DNA of 64,000 bases, from the NCBI GenBank assembly GCA_964016885.1, contig OZ024741.1:307892001-307956000 (forward strand), read 5' to 3'. The notes beneath the pieces were generated by a model. The model saw only the letters and a program-made list of their open reading frames with translations, did not search any database and had not been told where the DNA came from. Each line of letters opens with the position of its first letter. Positions within the stretch are counted from its first letter, which is position 1. The stretch is from Eledone cirrhosa (taxonomy: Eukaryota). Shown here in pieces: positions 39,930 to 56,387 of the stretch. Made by a program: the position numbers and the translations under genes.

Positions 39930-41592
39930 TTGTTTGGGTGTTGTTGTTATTCCATTCATTTTTTCTGTTTAGCTTTGGCCTTCTAAGTTCTATTTCCCTT
40001 GCCTCTCTGATTTGCCTATCTGCTGGGTCATTTCTATGTTTAGATATTATTTTAATTTCTATGTTGTCTATGTTACCGTCATGTTGTTGTCTGGCGTGTT
40101 CGTATAGTACAGAACCGGTTTTTTCGTCCTTTTAGTTCCCCCCAGTGTTGGTCTATCCTTTCAACTATGCTACGAGCTGTCTCGCCTATGTATGTTGTTG
40201 TCATGTTTCTGCAAGTACCCTCTGTACATCTTATGCTATAGCCTACGTTTCTAGTTTTACAGTTTATCCGGGGGTTTACTTTACATATAATACATTTCCT
40301 ATTAGTACAGTGGGTTTTCTTAAAAGGGTATATTTTGCTGATCAGGGATTTTATGGTAGTTCCTGGCTTTTCTACCACCTTAATCTTTAAGTGGGTCTTT
40401 CTCATGACCTTTCTACACTGGTTAGCTAATTTCACTCCAGGAGTAGCGTCCACGAACATGACACTCTGGTATCTCTGGTTGTCGTACCATGAGGTGGCTT
40501 TCCCTATCTTATGTTTAGTCCTATCCAAGCTATTCCATGATTTGCTCCTGTATAATGGGCAAATTCCTTTCATGTCCAGTTCTATGAGGGTCTTATACTT
40601 CTCCGTGGCTCTTTCGTATACTCTGATTCTGTCTCTTTGGTTGTAGCCAGAGAACTGCATGCGGTTGATGAAGTGTTGGCTGTGTCTTTTCATTTCTGTT
40701 GGGTTGCACATGCGAGACACGTTCTTTATCGCTCGTACCAAGTCTGCGATCAGAATATTAAACTTAGCACTACTGGACATTGTTGAGTTTTTTAGTATTA
40801 GGTATTTGGAGGCCATGGGTTTAGCGTAGTGTGAGTGGAGAATTTGGGCCCTCTCGTCTATAGTGTTAATCCAGAGTTCCGTATCTAATACAGGTAATCT
40901 ACTGTTAGGGTGTTTGGAAGGGTAGTCGATAGTTACAGTTATACTCTGGTGTATGGAATTAGCTATGTGCTGGATGCTTTCCATTGTGCTACATTCTAAA
41001 TCATACTTGTTAGTACTCTCTTGTGTGGGTGTCCTTATTACTATATTAATGTCGTCTACGTAAGGAGAGTACATGATGAGGTCTATGGAGCTTTCATCAA
41101 GGACATCTTTGAGTCTCCTTTCCCACGATATCATAAAAAGGTTGGCAACGTCACCAGCTATGCTGACGCCAATGGATGGCTGCTCCCTCAATTTGGGTGT
41201 AGATCTTCTCGTTGAATTTGAATATGTGGCCCTTTAGGGTAGTTTTAATACTAGCCCCCTTTTCAGCTGCGACCATTTTTCTTACCATTTTTCTTACCTG
41301 TTTTTGGTGGTCCGTATGGCTTTGGTCCACCCAATCTACCTTCCAATGGGAGTCTTTTTTGTCATTGATGTTATGGTCGGGAGGGGGGTCTACCTCTTAT
41401 GGGTCTACTGGGGCAGAAACGTCTAAGGTCATGGCTGTCTAGGTAGTTAGTGTCATAGATAAGTCTAAGTAGGAGGCCCAGTTCGTCTGTGTCGACGTCG
41501 CAGAACTCCACCTCACTCTCACTGATCATCTCCACACATTTTTCCACAGCAAAATCAATCTTAATGGATGGGTATAGTGATACCACGTCCAT
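39930..41592 (-). pseudogene. PLE reverse transcriptase plus GIY-YIG endonuclease (frameshifted)
   Basis: MDVVSLYPSI (RT motif A), IGVSIAGDVANLFM (B'), YVDDI (C), LPVLDT (E), NVGYSIRC...YIGET (GIY-YIG). Confidence 0.92.
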
Positions 41593-41708
41593 ACTGCCTA
41601 TTATAAATTAATATAGCATACTGCCGTCCATACTGCCTATATAAATAAATAAACAGATTAAATAAAGATGGCGTAGACATACAATACAACAGGAGGAAAC
41701 ATAATAGC

Positions 41709-41750
41709 ACCACTGACGATGTTGCAGATGTGCAACGAAAGAACTTTATT
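41709..41750 (+). ncRNA. Minimal hammerhead-like motif (family A)
   Basis: CTGACGA(41713)-t-GTTGCA-gatg-TGCAAC-GAAA-gaac-TT. Stem I pairing is weak. Confidence 0.6.
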
Positions 41751-42004
41751 GGACTATATATATTTGTTTGTGGCTATATTATATCTGTATTTTTTACCGT
41801 TGGTCAGTCAATGGTAAACATTGAGGACCGAATAAATTAACTGATATAAAAGATACAGAAGCGAAAACCAACAAAACAGTGAGTGTGCTCTGTTATTAAT
41901 TCTGGCAATATTATTACAACAATATGACCCTCCTCAAGTATAACAATATTTGTTTCGACTCACGATTTCATATCAAAAACCTCGCAAAACAAATATATAT
42001 ATTT

Positions 42005-42036
<32 letters not shown>

Positions 42037-42038
<2 letters not shown>

Positions 42039-43232
42039 CGTTTCTGAATTTGTTTAGCAAGATTCTTTATCTGAAAACGTGTGTTGAAACCGATATTGTT
42101 ATACTTTGGGAGGGTCATGTTGCCAATAAGAAACACATGCACCAGTTGCTTTCACTTCAATTTATTATAATAAATTTATAAATTTAGGAATTTATAAATT
42201 TCCGGTTGGGTGGTTGGTTCCACAACTAGATGATTGTTTATATATTGTCAAAGTTCTTTCGTCACACATTCTGTGACCTTTTCAGTGACTGGAGATTCTT
42301 TTCTTTATTTTTGTGCCTCTCCTTTGTTCTGTCCTACGCCATCTTGTTTTTGTGTGTGTGTGTTGTGTGCTTAGTTTGCGCATGTGTTACATCCGGGTAT
42401 CTGTGTGTGTTTATATTCGTTTATTTATTTGTTTATTTCCATAAAAACACTTATTAGCAATACATACCCTTTTCAAAGACCTCCCTGTATAGATAAGAAA
42501 TGTATAATCTGTAAATTAAGCCCTCATATTAACTGAAAAACTAGAAATGTAGTATATAGCATAATATGTACTGAAGGACAATGTAGAGATAAAAATATAG
42601 TGTACAAAGGTGAGACAGCTCGTAGTATAGGGGAACGGATAAATGAACACTGGCGAGACCTTCAAGATAGTAAAGAATCATATGTACTCTACCAACATGC
42701 TAAAATAGAACGTAAGGGTAAATTAGAGAACATAGAAATAAAAATAGAATCTACACACAGAAAAGACGCAATGTTTAGACAAATCACAGAAGCAATAAAC
42801 ATAAACGAACTCCAACCAAAATTAAATAGAAAACATGAGTGGAACAGCAACATCACAACTTACAATTAAGGACAAAATGAAAATACACACGAACATAGAA
42901 CAAACAACCAACCAGTAACATGTAAATAAACAAATAAATAAATGAATATAAACACACACGGATGTAACACTTGCGCAAACTAAGCACACAACAGAACAAA
43001 GGAGAACGTAGGACAGAACAAAGGAGAGGCACAAAAACAAAGAAAAGAATCCCCAGTGACTGAAGAGGTCACAGAATGTGTGACGAAAGAACTTTGACAA
43101 TATATAAACAATCATCTGGTTGTGGAACCAACCAACCGGAAATTTATAAATTCCTAAATTTATTATAATAACTTGAAGTGAAAGCAACTGGTGCGTGTGT
43201 TTCTTATTGGCAACATGACCCTCCCAAAGTAT

Positions 43233-43238
<6 letters not shown>
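42037..43238. mobile_element. PLE family B fold-back (inverted pLTR plus EN end and 3' UTR)
   Basis: The + arm from ~42439 encodes a decayed GIY-YIG ([14 protein letters not shown]...LNRKHEW). HHR cores at 43060 (+) and 42279-42285 (-, G8>A). Confidence 0.9.
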
Positions 43239-43268
<30 letters not shown>

Positions 43269-43330
43269 GAAAAGTATAGAAATTATTATGAGCGTGAAGC
43301 CAACAGTATTTCATAATATATAATATATAT

Positions 43331-43421
<91 letters not shown>

Positions 43422-44103
43422 CAGACACAAGGTTTTACCTTATATAATACGGAACTGTATAATTTAAGGATAAATTTGGCCGCAAATTTCTACCTTTTTA
43501 AGCTTTGATATAGTATTCCTTTTGTCGACTTACCTACCTAATTGGTGTGATTATTGCCGTGAAGGTGTGTCGGCTGTCTCTTAGCTTTTTGTCCTATTCT
43601 TTCACAAATATGTACCCAATCTTCTCGTCTGGTGTGTATCTATGAGATGACAAAAGCTGTTACTATAAATATCAGTTTTTCTTTATTGATTCTTTTTTCA
43701 TCATTTATTTTTTTATATTTCGTAAAAATGTATTTACCATCTAGTTACCCACTCACCCCTACGTCTTATACGGGAGCCATCTGTCGGGATTCTCATGTAG
43801 CTTGACTTTTCTTTTCTTTTGTGTTTCTTTTCATTCGGGTAAAAACAGAAATACAAAGAACAGCACTACCTACCGCCAACAAACGACGCGGTAGCTCGAG
43901 CCTAGAATACTTTTGATCATAGGATCTTGCTGGGAGAGGGCTGGCATGTGGTTAAACAATAACAACAATGATAACAACAATGTTAGCAACAAGTGAACGT
44001 CACTATGTTGTCATTTGCTCTGTTAGAAATGTCTATCACTTTATATAAATTATACTTTACCGGTCTTACAAAGACAAGGGCATGTTATATAATATTATTT
44101 TTT

Positions 44104-44432
44104 TACGATCTGAGTTCAAATCCTGCCGAGGTTAACTTTGCCTTTCATCCTTACGGGGTCGATAAAATAAAGTACCAGTAATGTACTGGGTAATTGCTGG
44201 CCTTGTGCCTAAAATAAAAACAATTATTTTAGATATGTAATGGCGGTGGATTAGCAGTATTGGTAGAAGGTCGGATGCCATGTTTTCCAGCGTAGAGTTA
44301 CGTCCCTTTATGGCCTGAGTTCAAATCCTGTCGAGGTTAACTTTGCCTTTCATCCTTACGGGGTCGATAAAATAAAGTACCAGTAATGCACTGGGATAAT
44401 TGCTGGCCTACTGCCAAAAGTCGAAACAATTA
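44104..44432 (+). mobile_element. Two tandem SINE family 1 copies
   Basis: Partial copy at 44104-44227 and full copy at 44240-44432. Confidence 0.88.
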
Positions 44433-45404
44433 TTCTAGATATGTAATGTACCGAGAAAATAGAGGATGGCCATGGTTGGGATGTCGAAGGACGGCTAAAC
44501 AACAAAAATCAAAAACAATAGTAGCAACGACACGTTCCACCGAGGTAGTCTGCACCAAAAGGAGAAACTTCAAGCTGAACCGTAACCGGAGTGAGAGAGA
44601 TTGCAACCGTGACCATCCTGTTTTATTCTAATTTTTTGTGTCAGATAAAGGCTTGAAATATTCAAGAAACACCTTATGTTGCGATAGCGCCTCTACGACA
44701 CCATCAGGAGTCGAGGTTCCTTTACCTTTTTTAAATATGGCTTTATTTTTAAGACAGTACATAGTGTTATTTAATTGATATTTAACAGCAATTTCTTGCA
44801 TTGTCTAGTAGTAGTAGTAGTAGTAGTAGTATGCTGTGTTGAATTTGCTTGAGCCTTGCGGTATTTCCTCCAGCTCTCTCCGCTCTGAGTTCAAATCAAG
44901 CCAATGTCCACTTTGCCATTCTTTTGTTTAGGGTCAATTAAAATAACAATAGCAGTTCCGCTCAGCAAGGCGAATTAGTGGAAAAGTTAGAACATCGGAA
45001 GACATGCCTTTTGGTATTAATCTCAGCTCTTATATTCTGAGTTCAAATCACATTGTGGCCTACATGGATGGTAGGCTATTTTCGCAGCAAAATCGCAATG
45101 TATACCAAAGCATTCAGACCAGGCCTTTAGTTTGAGGATATTTTTCTCCTTCTCCTTCCCAATCTCGGATGCCTTGAAAAGAAACCAATGGTTCTACCTA
45201 ACCCTCACCCAATAAAAAAAGAAAGAAAGAAGGATTTAATCAGTCTTGATCAAGTAGATCGATCTATGTGTGATCAAATTTATCCCAGTCTTGAGTCTCC
45301 ACTATTACTGGAGACTCATGATTGGAACGAGAGGAACAATAAATTCATTTCTATTTACAATAGCAAGGGCTTATTTCAGGCTACAGAGAGTTTGACAGGG
45401 GTGT

Positions 45405-45601
45405 ATGGCGGCGGTGGATTGGCAGTATTGGTAGAGGGTCGGACGCCATGCTTTCCAGCATAGAGTTACGGCCCTTTACGTTCTGAATTCAAATCCTGCT
45501 GAGATTAACCTTGCCTTTCATCCTTGCCTGGTTGATAAAATAAAGTACCAGTAATGCACTGGCATAATTGTTGGCCTTGTGCCAAAATTAGAAACAATTA
45601 T
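45405..45601 (+). mobile_element. SINE family 1 copy
   Basis: ggcggtggattggcagtattggtagagggtcggacgcc...agaaacaatta. Confidence 0.88.
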
Positions 45602-45707
45602 TGATATCGTATTGTTGTTGATGTTGTTGATTATGATAATGATGGTGATGATGATGTGAAGGAGAAGTAGGAAGATGAAGATGAAGGTTATAATGTTAAC
45701 GTTGAGT

Positions 45708-45745
<38 letters not shown>

Positions 45746-46574
45746 ATTGAAGATGATGATGATGATGATTAAGTTGCTTCGTCCAAGCCTTTTTATTGCT
45801 ATTGCTGGTGTAGTCGTTGTTAATGGTTGAAATTTAAGATGTGGAGGCTGAAAAGGTGGGTAGGGAGAATAATTAAATGTTCACTAAAAGGGGCCAGTGT
45901 TCATAAGGTGTATACCTCACTGAAGCACAACAAAAACATACACATGTATACATACACGCACGTTACACATATATACACACTCACACAAACACAGACACAC
46001 ATACATACGTAAGAGAAGCACAACACACACATACACACATCACGAAACATAAGATACATACACACACAATGACAGGAACGCACACACACATACAACAAAC
46101 CTCTGTCACCAAATTTACACCCTATCGCCCCCATCGTACATATCCAGCCACCATCCAGTACCCGTCCACACCATACACACCCTCATCATACCCACCACTC
46201 CATTCTACACACCACACACACACACGCACGCACACATACACACAGATCACCACACACACGCACCACATACCATCCACACCATTATACCACACCACTTCAC
46301 TTCACTCCATTCCCACAGCCCCACCACTATCACCATAACACACCAAACCCCCAAAGCCCTCACAGCCCACCCACACCCACTGCTACCAATCCACCACTCC
46401 ACACTTATAACCTCACACACGCAACAGGACCGCCACCACCACACCATACTCACATACACCTCACAACCCCACCACACTCAAAGCACCCCTCTTCAGTCAA
46501 ACAACCACCACCGTCACAACATCACCCCCACACACATACTGCTCCTCAGAGTTAAAACTCTCCTACCACCAACA

Positions 46575-47085
46575 CACCAACACACCACCACACCACACCA
46601 TACCATACCACACACCACGACACCCCACCCCACCCCACCCACCCAACCACACCACACCACACCATCACACGCCCCGCTACTCCACACCATCACACACCAC
46701 ACCACACCCTACCACACTGCACCACATCACATCACCTCACCACATAACACCACCACACACAACACCACTCCACCACACCACACCATCACACACCACACTG
46801 CACCACATCACATCGCCCCACCACACAGCACCACCAAACACCCCACCATCACACACCACACCACACCCAACCACACTGCACCACATCACCCCACCACACA
46901 ACACCACCACACACAACACCACCACACCACACCACACCATCACACACCACACCACACCCTACCACACTGCACCACACACCACACCCCACCACACAACACC
47001 ACTCCACCACACCACACCATCACACATCACACCCTACCACACTACACCACATCACATCACCACTTCACACATCATCACCACGCCA
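46575..47085. repeat. (CACCA)n-based degenerate minisatellite
   Basis: caccacaccatcacacaccac units recur. Confidence 0.8.
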
Positions 47086-47282
47086 CTCTTCACCCACAAA
47101 TCCCTAAATACAACCCTACAACATTTACACTATTACTACCAATCCACACCTTTATCACTATCCAACCCCCATTGTTATAACTCCCTTATTATACCCCTCC
47201 CCCTATACCCTTTGAAAACCACCTTACAAACCTGTTACACCCCTTTGCAGCTGTCTTGTAGGGGACACGCTATTCTAGCAAT

Positions 47283-47440
47283 AATAATTGTTTCTACTTT
47301 TGGCACAAGGCCAGCAATTACCCCAGTGCATTACTGGTACTTTATTTTATCGACTCCGTAAGGATGAAAGGCAAAGTTAACCTCGGCGGGATTTGAACTC
47401 AGAATGGCAAGGGCCGTAACTCTGTGCGTCAAAGCATGGC
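47283..47440 (-). mobile_element. SINE family 1 copy
   Basis: Consensus match, flanked by ctagcaataataat / ctagtaataataat (probable TSD). Confidence 0.88.
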
Positions 47441-47504
47441 TAGTAATAATAATAGAATGTACAGACAGCTAGGTTTTCTAACCCCCTTCCCTATTTTTAT
47501 TAAT

Positions 47505-47528
47505 TATCATCATCATCATCGTCATCAC

Positions 47529-47574
<46 letters not shown>

Positions 47575-47775
47575 GTCATCACCATCATCATCGTCGTCAT
47601 CGTCATCATCATCATCATCATCATCACCATCACCATCATCATCATCATCATCATCATCACCATTACTATCATCATCTTCAGCATCATCGTCACTATCATC
47701 CTCATCCTCCTCCACCTCATCCTCATCCTCCTCATCGTTATCATCACCACCATCATCACCACCACCATCATCCCC

Positions 47776-47808
<33 letters not shown>

Positions 47809-47890
47809 AATCATTAGCATCATCATCATCATCATCAACATCATCATCATCATCATCATCAACATTATCATTATCATCATCGTCACCATC
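47505..47890. repeat. (CAT)n microsatellite
   Basis: Visible directly. It explains the poly-H/M/D ORFs. Confidence 0.95.
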
Positions 47891-48589
47891 AGACATCCAG
47901 GTGATGACAGATTAGGAATGTGTTACCAGCATTATAACCGGTACACCCCACCCTCCATTTCTAAGAAACAACTGAGAGAAAGTGTTGATTTCCTGTACAC
48001 CATTTTATTGGTACCTTACCACATGAACTATTCTTCCCTGACCCAATGTCCAATGTTTACATCCTTTCGGTCGTTCCTTATTCTCCGTTCATGCTACGTT
48101 GGAACTAAAGTCTAATAAGTACCTCTATCACTTCGATGGAACCTTACTTTTTGATCCAATAGAAACTGGCTGCAATGCTTCGATGATTAGTTAGTAATCT
48201 AAGTCAAAGTATGTCCTAAGCTTAGAGGCTCATCACGTGAGAGCTTAGCCTGGTTTCATTGACATTAAGTGATTGGGAATACAAGACATCTTTTCGCTGG
48301 AGAAAGCAATTGTATGTAGTAGGATTAAACACCAGATGCCTCTGGCATACATTCCCAGCTGTGTGAACTCGAGTACCATAAATGAAGCATATTGTCAAGA
48401 TCATAAAGCGCCACCTGGTCCAGGAATCGAACCTACGATCTAATAATTGCTACTCAGATACCCTATCAACTACATCACACTTCTTCGTGCTTACATAATT
48501 GTTTACTGCGAAATTGAGCTACCCATTGATTGAAGTCCTGTAAAACGCTTGTCGACATCGCATCGGTGGCTCCTTGCCACATGTTAGTG

Positions 48590-49262
48590 CTATTTTAGCT
48601 CAAAAATCTGTCAAACATCAAGTAATTTATTGCCTGATTCGCTGTCTTGACACAATGCCAAACACCCGCATAACTTTGCTGGTACATTACCTCCTAATCC
48701 CTCTATCTTGAGCCAATGTCAAATACCGATATTTTTCCGATTATCTCTTACTACCGGATCCAGATATGTTGAGTCAATATCAAATACTTACAACGCTTTA
48801 CTGGTATCTTACCACGTAATCATGTTATTGCTTCCTTGGTACCTACTATGTGATCATGCTATTTTGAGCCAAAATCAAATATCTACACCATGTCGGTTTT
48901 CTCTTACTAAATCCAGTTCTTCGCTTCGGTGTTCTCTTACTACTTGATCTATCTATCTTGAGTCAATGTCAAATACTTACATGGCTTGGCTGTTATCTTA
49001 GAGCTTGATCCAGTATCTTGATATAAATAGCAAATACCTACATCACTTCTCCGGGACCTTATTGCCTGATCCAGCTAACCTCGATCAACATCAAATAACT
49101 ACAGCAATTCAGTTGTCTCTTACGACTTGAACCAACTATTCTAAGGCAAGATCAATCACCTACATCTCTTCGATCTTCGCATACTACATGAGCCAGCTAC
49201 CTTGAGCCAATGTCAAATACTGTCATCGTTTCGGTTTTCTTTCACTACCTGATTCGCATTAC
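48590..49262. repeat. Degenerate ~61-bp tandem repeat
   Basis: cttgagccaatgtcaaatac-like motif at ~48707, 48769, 48863, 48957, 49017, 49140 and 49201. Confidence 0.65.
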
Positions 49263-49891
49263 CTGAATACACTGAATTTCTGATTCGAACCAGATTCAAA
49301 GATCTGCACTCTCAATAATTCTGCAAGGAGGAGGTTCAGTGGGTCAGAAAGTCAATCGTATCTCTATAAGCTTATTGTTGCTCAGGCATGGGTTGTGGCT
49401 GCTACAGCTGCAGGTGTTTTAGGAAGGTGAGCAGGTGTGGCTGTATATTCTAAGACATGCCTTTTCACAGCTCGTCTCTTTTGGACGTCTGAATCAAGCG
49501 AATGAAAACCGATCGGAGTTTAAATCAGACATTACATGGTAGTGGGGCAGTTAGCAATGGTGGTGTGGTACTGGTGATGTTGGTGGTGGTGGTGGTAGGG
49601 TGGTGCTGGTGGTGGTGGTGTTGGTGGTGTTGGTGGTGATGATGGTGGTGTTGGTGGTGTTGGTGGTGTTGGTGGTGTTGGTGGTGATGGTGGTGGTGGC
49701 GGTGATGATAGTGGTGGTGATGGTGGTTGTGTTGGTGGTGTTGGTGGTGTTTGGTGGCAATAGGTAATAGTATATCATATATTTATATGTATGCATTTAT
49801 GTTATATCATGTTTCAATAATATTTAAAACTTGTACGCGCATGTACATATGCGTTGGGTTATGCATATATATATATATATGCACACTGACT

Positions 49892-49932
<41 letters not shown>

Positions 49933-49973
49933 GTATGATGATAATAATAATAAAATAATAATAATATATATAC

Positions 49974-50046
<73 letters not shown>

Positions 50047-50347
50047 TACATAAATATTATTCTTTGTTAGTTCCTGTAGCAGGTTTCCTAGCCACCCTTA
50101 GATAAATACTTAAGAAAGCCGTATATAATGCAATACTCCAGTCGTGACGCGGTCAGGAGGTGAAATATTTCTAACAATTTAGGTGGGAATAAGGAGAATT
50201 TTAAGGGAGAGCTGGGTGGAGGGAAATAGGGGCAATTAGTACAGTTTATAAGGAGAGCACGTGCCATGCGGTTACACCTGTATACACACAAACGAAATAT
50301 AATTAATGCGCGTTCGAACTCACACGCACAAACGCACAGTGACACAC

Positions 50348-51310
<963 letters not shown>

Positions 51311-51315
51311 TATAT

Positions 51316-52165
<850 letters not shown>

Positions 52166-52233
52166 ATATATATGTATATATATAAGTGTGTGTCTATGAA
52201 TATATATACGTACATACATATATGTATATATAT

Positions 52234-52287
<54 letters not shown>

Positions 52288-52387
52288 ACACACACACAAA
52301 CACACCTATATGTATACTGTATATGTGACGACTTGTTGAAGTTGATGGAGTTAATATTAATGTTATCGTATCGTTGAAGTTGTTCAA

Positions 52388-53224
52388 AATAATTGTTTCT
52401 ACATTTGGTACAAGGCCAGTAATTATCCCAGTACATTACTGGTACTATATTTTATCGATTCCGTAAGAAAGAAAGGTAAAGTTAACCTCGGTGGGATTTG
52501 AACTCAGATCATAAAGGGCCGTAAGTCTATGCTGCAAAGCATGGCGTCCGACCCTCTACCGATACTGCCAATCCACCTTAAAATAATGCTGTTTTCTGTC
52601 AGAATATCTTTACGTCTTTCTTGTCAAATAAGTGAATCCTCGTAAGAAATTAATTTTTATTTCCTTCATTTTAAAAATTTATTTTCTGCTTTATGTTCTT
52701 TAAGTGGATATCTCCATAAAAAAAACATATTTTTGCAGATTGCTAGTTAAAAGTACTGAGAGCGAAGCCGAAACATGTCCGACCACATCAACAAATAATA
52801 CTACTACAACTACAATTACTACTACTAATAATAATATATTGGCACAAGGCCAGCAATTTTTGTGGGAGGGGAAAGTCGACCCAAGTGTATGGCTGGTACT
52901 TTATTTTATCGACCCCGTGAGGATGAAATGCAAAGCTAACCTCGGCGGAATTTGAATTCAGAACGTAAAGACCAGTAACTCTGTGCTGCGAAGCATGTTG
53001 TCCGACGCTCTACCGATACTAATGGTTTCTGATTTAGGCACAATTTGGAGGGAGGGGAAGTCGATTAAATCGACCCCAGTGCATTACTGGTATTTTATTT
53101 TATCGACCCCGAAAAAATGAAAGGCAAAGCTAACGTCGCTGGTATTTGAACTCAGAACGTAAAATGCCATAAATCTATGCTGCAAAACATGGTGGCCGAC
53201 GCTCTACCGATTCTGCCAATCCAA
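52388..53224 (-). mobile_element. Three SINE family 1 copies
   Basis: At ~52388-52578, 52840-53020 and 53021-53224. Confidence 0.85.
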
Positions 53225-53596
53225 TATCAATTCAATATCACAACACAACATACATACTACAGACCCTATACAATAAGACCCTAATAAAATACATGAACTC
53301 AACTCACACAACATATCCTCTAAAAGATTAATACCCAAGAGAATAACACAACTCACATTACACATACCATACACAATAGAATAAATATTAAAGTGACACA
53401 AGAAACAACCTGGTGCCGAGCACTAAGAAAAGGTCAGTACCAATACTACACACGCACATACAAGGAAGCATTCGCACAATGAAGCACACACCCCAGGAAG
53501 AGAAAACAATCAAAATAAATAAATATGGTAATTCAGATGTAACTATAGTAATGAAATTTTGATTTTTATTCCAAATTAAATAAAATTGTATATATG

Positions 53597-53685
<89 letters not shown>

Positions 53686-53699
53686 AAGTGGCGTACTTG

Positions 53700-55190
53700 C
53701 TACTGAAATGATTGGTCACTTCTCTTCAGGCATAGCCTTCTAGATGTCTTCTCTGCTGCTTCCCCATTGTCTTGGTTGGCTCGGCTCATGCTTGCCCTCG
53801 AAATGTCAGAGTTCCGAGTGCTTTGCATAGGGAACGAGCTGCAAATCTTCGGCTGCCAATCGCTACTGGTATGCACCTAGTTTTCCATCCATTTCTGTTG
53901 CAGTTCTCCATCAACACCAGGTATTGCTCTTATCTTTTACTTTGTCTTCTTCATCCTTTCCTCCCAGGTAACACTTAACTTCCTAAGAACGAGCTGTCTT
54001 GACACTTCGAAAACCAAGATGGATGGTGTGTGATCTCAACTCTCATCACTCAGTGTTGTTCTTCGGCCAGCAAGACGACCGAGCAGTTCTCACGTCTTTT
54101 CTTCAGTCGTTCACTCTTCCTGACATAGCGCCTGCTATTTCAGACCTTTTTGCTGATTGCTTCGGCGATGGACCTGATTATATATTCATCGAAAGCGTAT
54201 TTCTACCATTGCTTTGAAGCAGTTGTTCAGATTATCCTCAAGGGTTTCTGCTTTAAAATAAAGGGGGCATGCTGGTGTCTGCACTTAGCCCCACAGACAC
54301 AGGTTGTATGTTATGGGCAGGACATCATACACACCCGAATTCAAGAACTTGATTCTTTGTGGGTATCGCTTTCAGATATTTCGCTACGTTACCTATTCCC
54401 ATTTCACCCAACCATCTTGATTTCATGTTGCTATTGATCTGGTTGTTCGCTTCTCCTCCTCCTCCAGCACCACCACCTCCTCCTCCTCCACTGAAGCCCC
54501 TGCCTCTTCCTGCACCAGCTTTACTCTCTCTTTCTTGCTTACAATGTCCAGTCTGGTTGATGTTGAGCTACAAAGAAGGGATCCTCTTTAGGCCTGACTC
54601 GGCTGCTTTCTAATTAATTCCAGCCTTCACAGCAGTTCCTGCGGCAACCACTTTACTATCAATTGATCCTGTGTACTACATATGTTCTCTTACACGTGAC
54701 ACCATGAACCTTTCTGTGATAGCATTGAAAGAAAGACTGCTCCCATGCCACCGAATGCTGCTTAAAATGCGTGGCGCGCATTGCAATCAAAACCTTCCAC
54801 TACAGTCATAAGGGCTTCATAAATCAATAGTTTGAACCAATCCCTGAAGCTTCTCGCAAGCCCAACTCTATCCTCATTTCTTAATCAACCCTTTAAGTCG
54901 GCACATGTTACTCTGATGGAGTCTGTGTTTCTCGGACTGCAGTAAATGAACTTACCAAGACTCCTCACCGATTTCTCTATGACTGAGGCAATTAGAACAC
55001 CCATCACATTCTAGCGGACTTTTCAGACACCATCACTCTCTTTAAAACCTCTAATCAGGACTTTGCACGTTTGAAAAGCATGAAAAATCTGTCTAGTTCC
55101 TTCAACAGATCTTGTCATTAAGACATTGTCCGTGAAGGCTGTGATTAGACATGACTTGCTAAGGGGTCCCTAGTAAATAGCATCCGCTGA
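53700..55190 (-). pseudogene. Decayed HERO-like RLE non-LTR retrotransposon
   Basis: Manual minus-strand translation: VYDVLPITYNLCLWG*VQTPACPL...ETLEDNLNNCFKA (~54332-54215; decayed CCHC region) and GWKTRCIPVAIGSRRFAARSLCKALGTL...EAAEKTSRRLCLKR (~53890-53720). Both match patterns I recall for HERO C-termini. The left and right limits are approximate. Confidence 0.7.
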
Positions 55191-56256
55191 TTTGACCAGC
55201 ATGTTCATATATGATAAAATATATATGTGTATGTGTATATATACAGAATAGAAGTAGCCCGAAGTCCGTAAATGTGTTTAAAATTTACACAACGTTTGTA
55301 TATATACATGTACGCATGTCAAATATACATAAAAATGATAAATACTGTAGTCGATTTGCAAACCTAGTTGCAACCAGAAGCTTATATACCCTATCACTTA
55401 TACTATATATATGTGTATAAAAATAAAAAATAAAATATATATATATATGTGTGTGTGTGTGTGTTTGTGTGTATGTGCGTTTTTGCGTGTGTGTATGTGT
55501 GTTTGCGTGCGTCTGTTTGTGTTTATGTGCGTGCATATACGTATGTGAATGTTATTGTGTACGCTCGTAAGTGTATACAAAAGAAAAGAGTATATGTATA
55601 TATATATACAAACATACATAGTAATTAGTAAAATCCCAATGGAAAGCCTGCACCGATTCGGCAGGCCTGCAAGTTTACTTACTGTCGTTCAATTCTGAGT
55701 TCAAAGCCAGTAAGCTTGCAAGTAAACCCAGAGGGAGTGTGTCTTCCATTTCAATTTTCGTAATTACTTCTATACCAACTCTGTACTTAAACGTGCATCA
55801 AGTACTAACCAGATCTGTGATCTTCCGTACAACGAACACAAGCTTATGTGTATAATAGCGTTGTACATGAAATCATATACGACAGGTTTAAGTATAAAAA
55901 ATATCTTTGTAACTTCGCTATGAGAGGATTTTTAATAAGTTGTGATCATATCACCGCTATCACAACAATAATGGGAGAGATCCTGATGGCACTGTGTCTT
56001 CAGAAGAGTTTACTCCCTAGCTATTGAGACAAAAACCTATAGTTTTTTAACTTTGAACATCGGCTGATGATGCTCATTTGCATACAGTGCAAAAGCTGGT
56101 CGGCTGGGATTAATAAACAGTAGAATTAACATTGACATAGCGAGAATTGTAAAGGGGTTGTATATGGAATTATATACAAAATCATATAGCCAGGTTAAAG
56201 TATGTTTATTATACATAAAGATATCGTATATGATTTCATTTACAATCCTATTTCTC

Positions 56257-56387
<131 letters not shown>

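Larger units (their letters stand above)
39436..41992 (-). mobile_element. Penelope-like element family A: 5'-truncated RT-EN with inverted pLTR
   Basis: Frameshifted minus-strand ORFs (41592-41371 and 41191-40079) followed by 3' UTR. 41636-41992 is an inverted copy of the terminal region. Confidence 0.92.

Noticed and set aside
47424-47889. Poly-His/Asp/Met ORFs
   Set aside because: (CAT)n microsatellite.
56060-56110. CTGATGA...GTC motif
   Set aside because: It lacks GAAA and stem I/III pairing.
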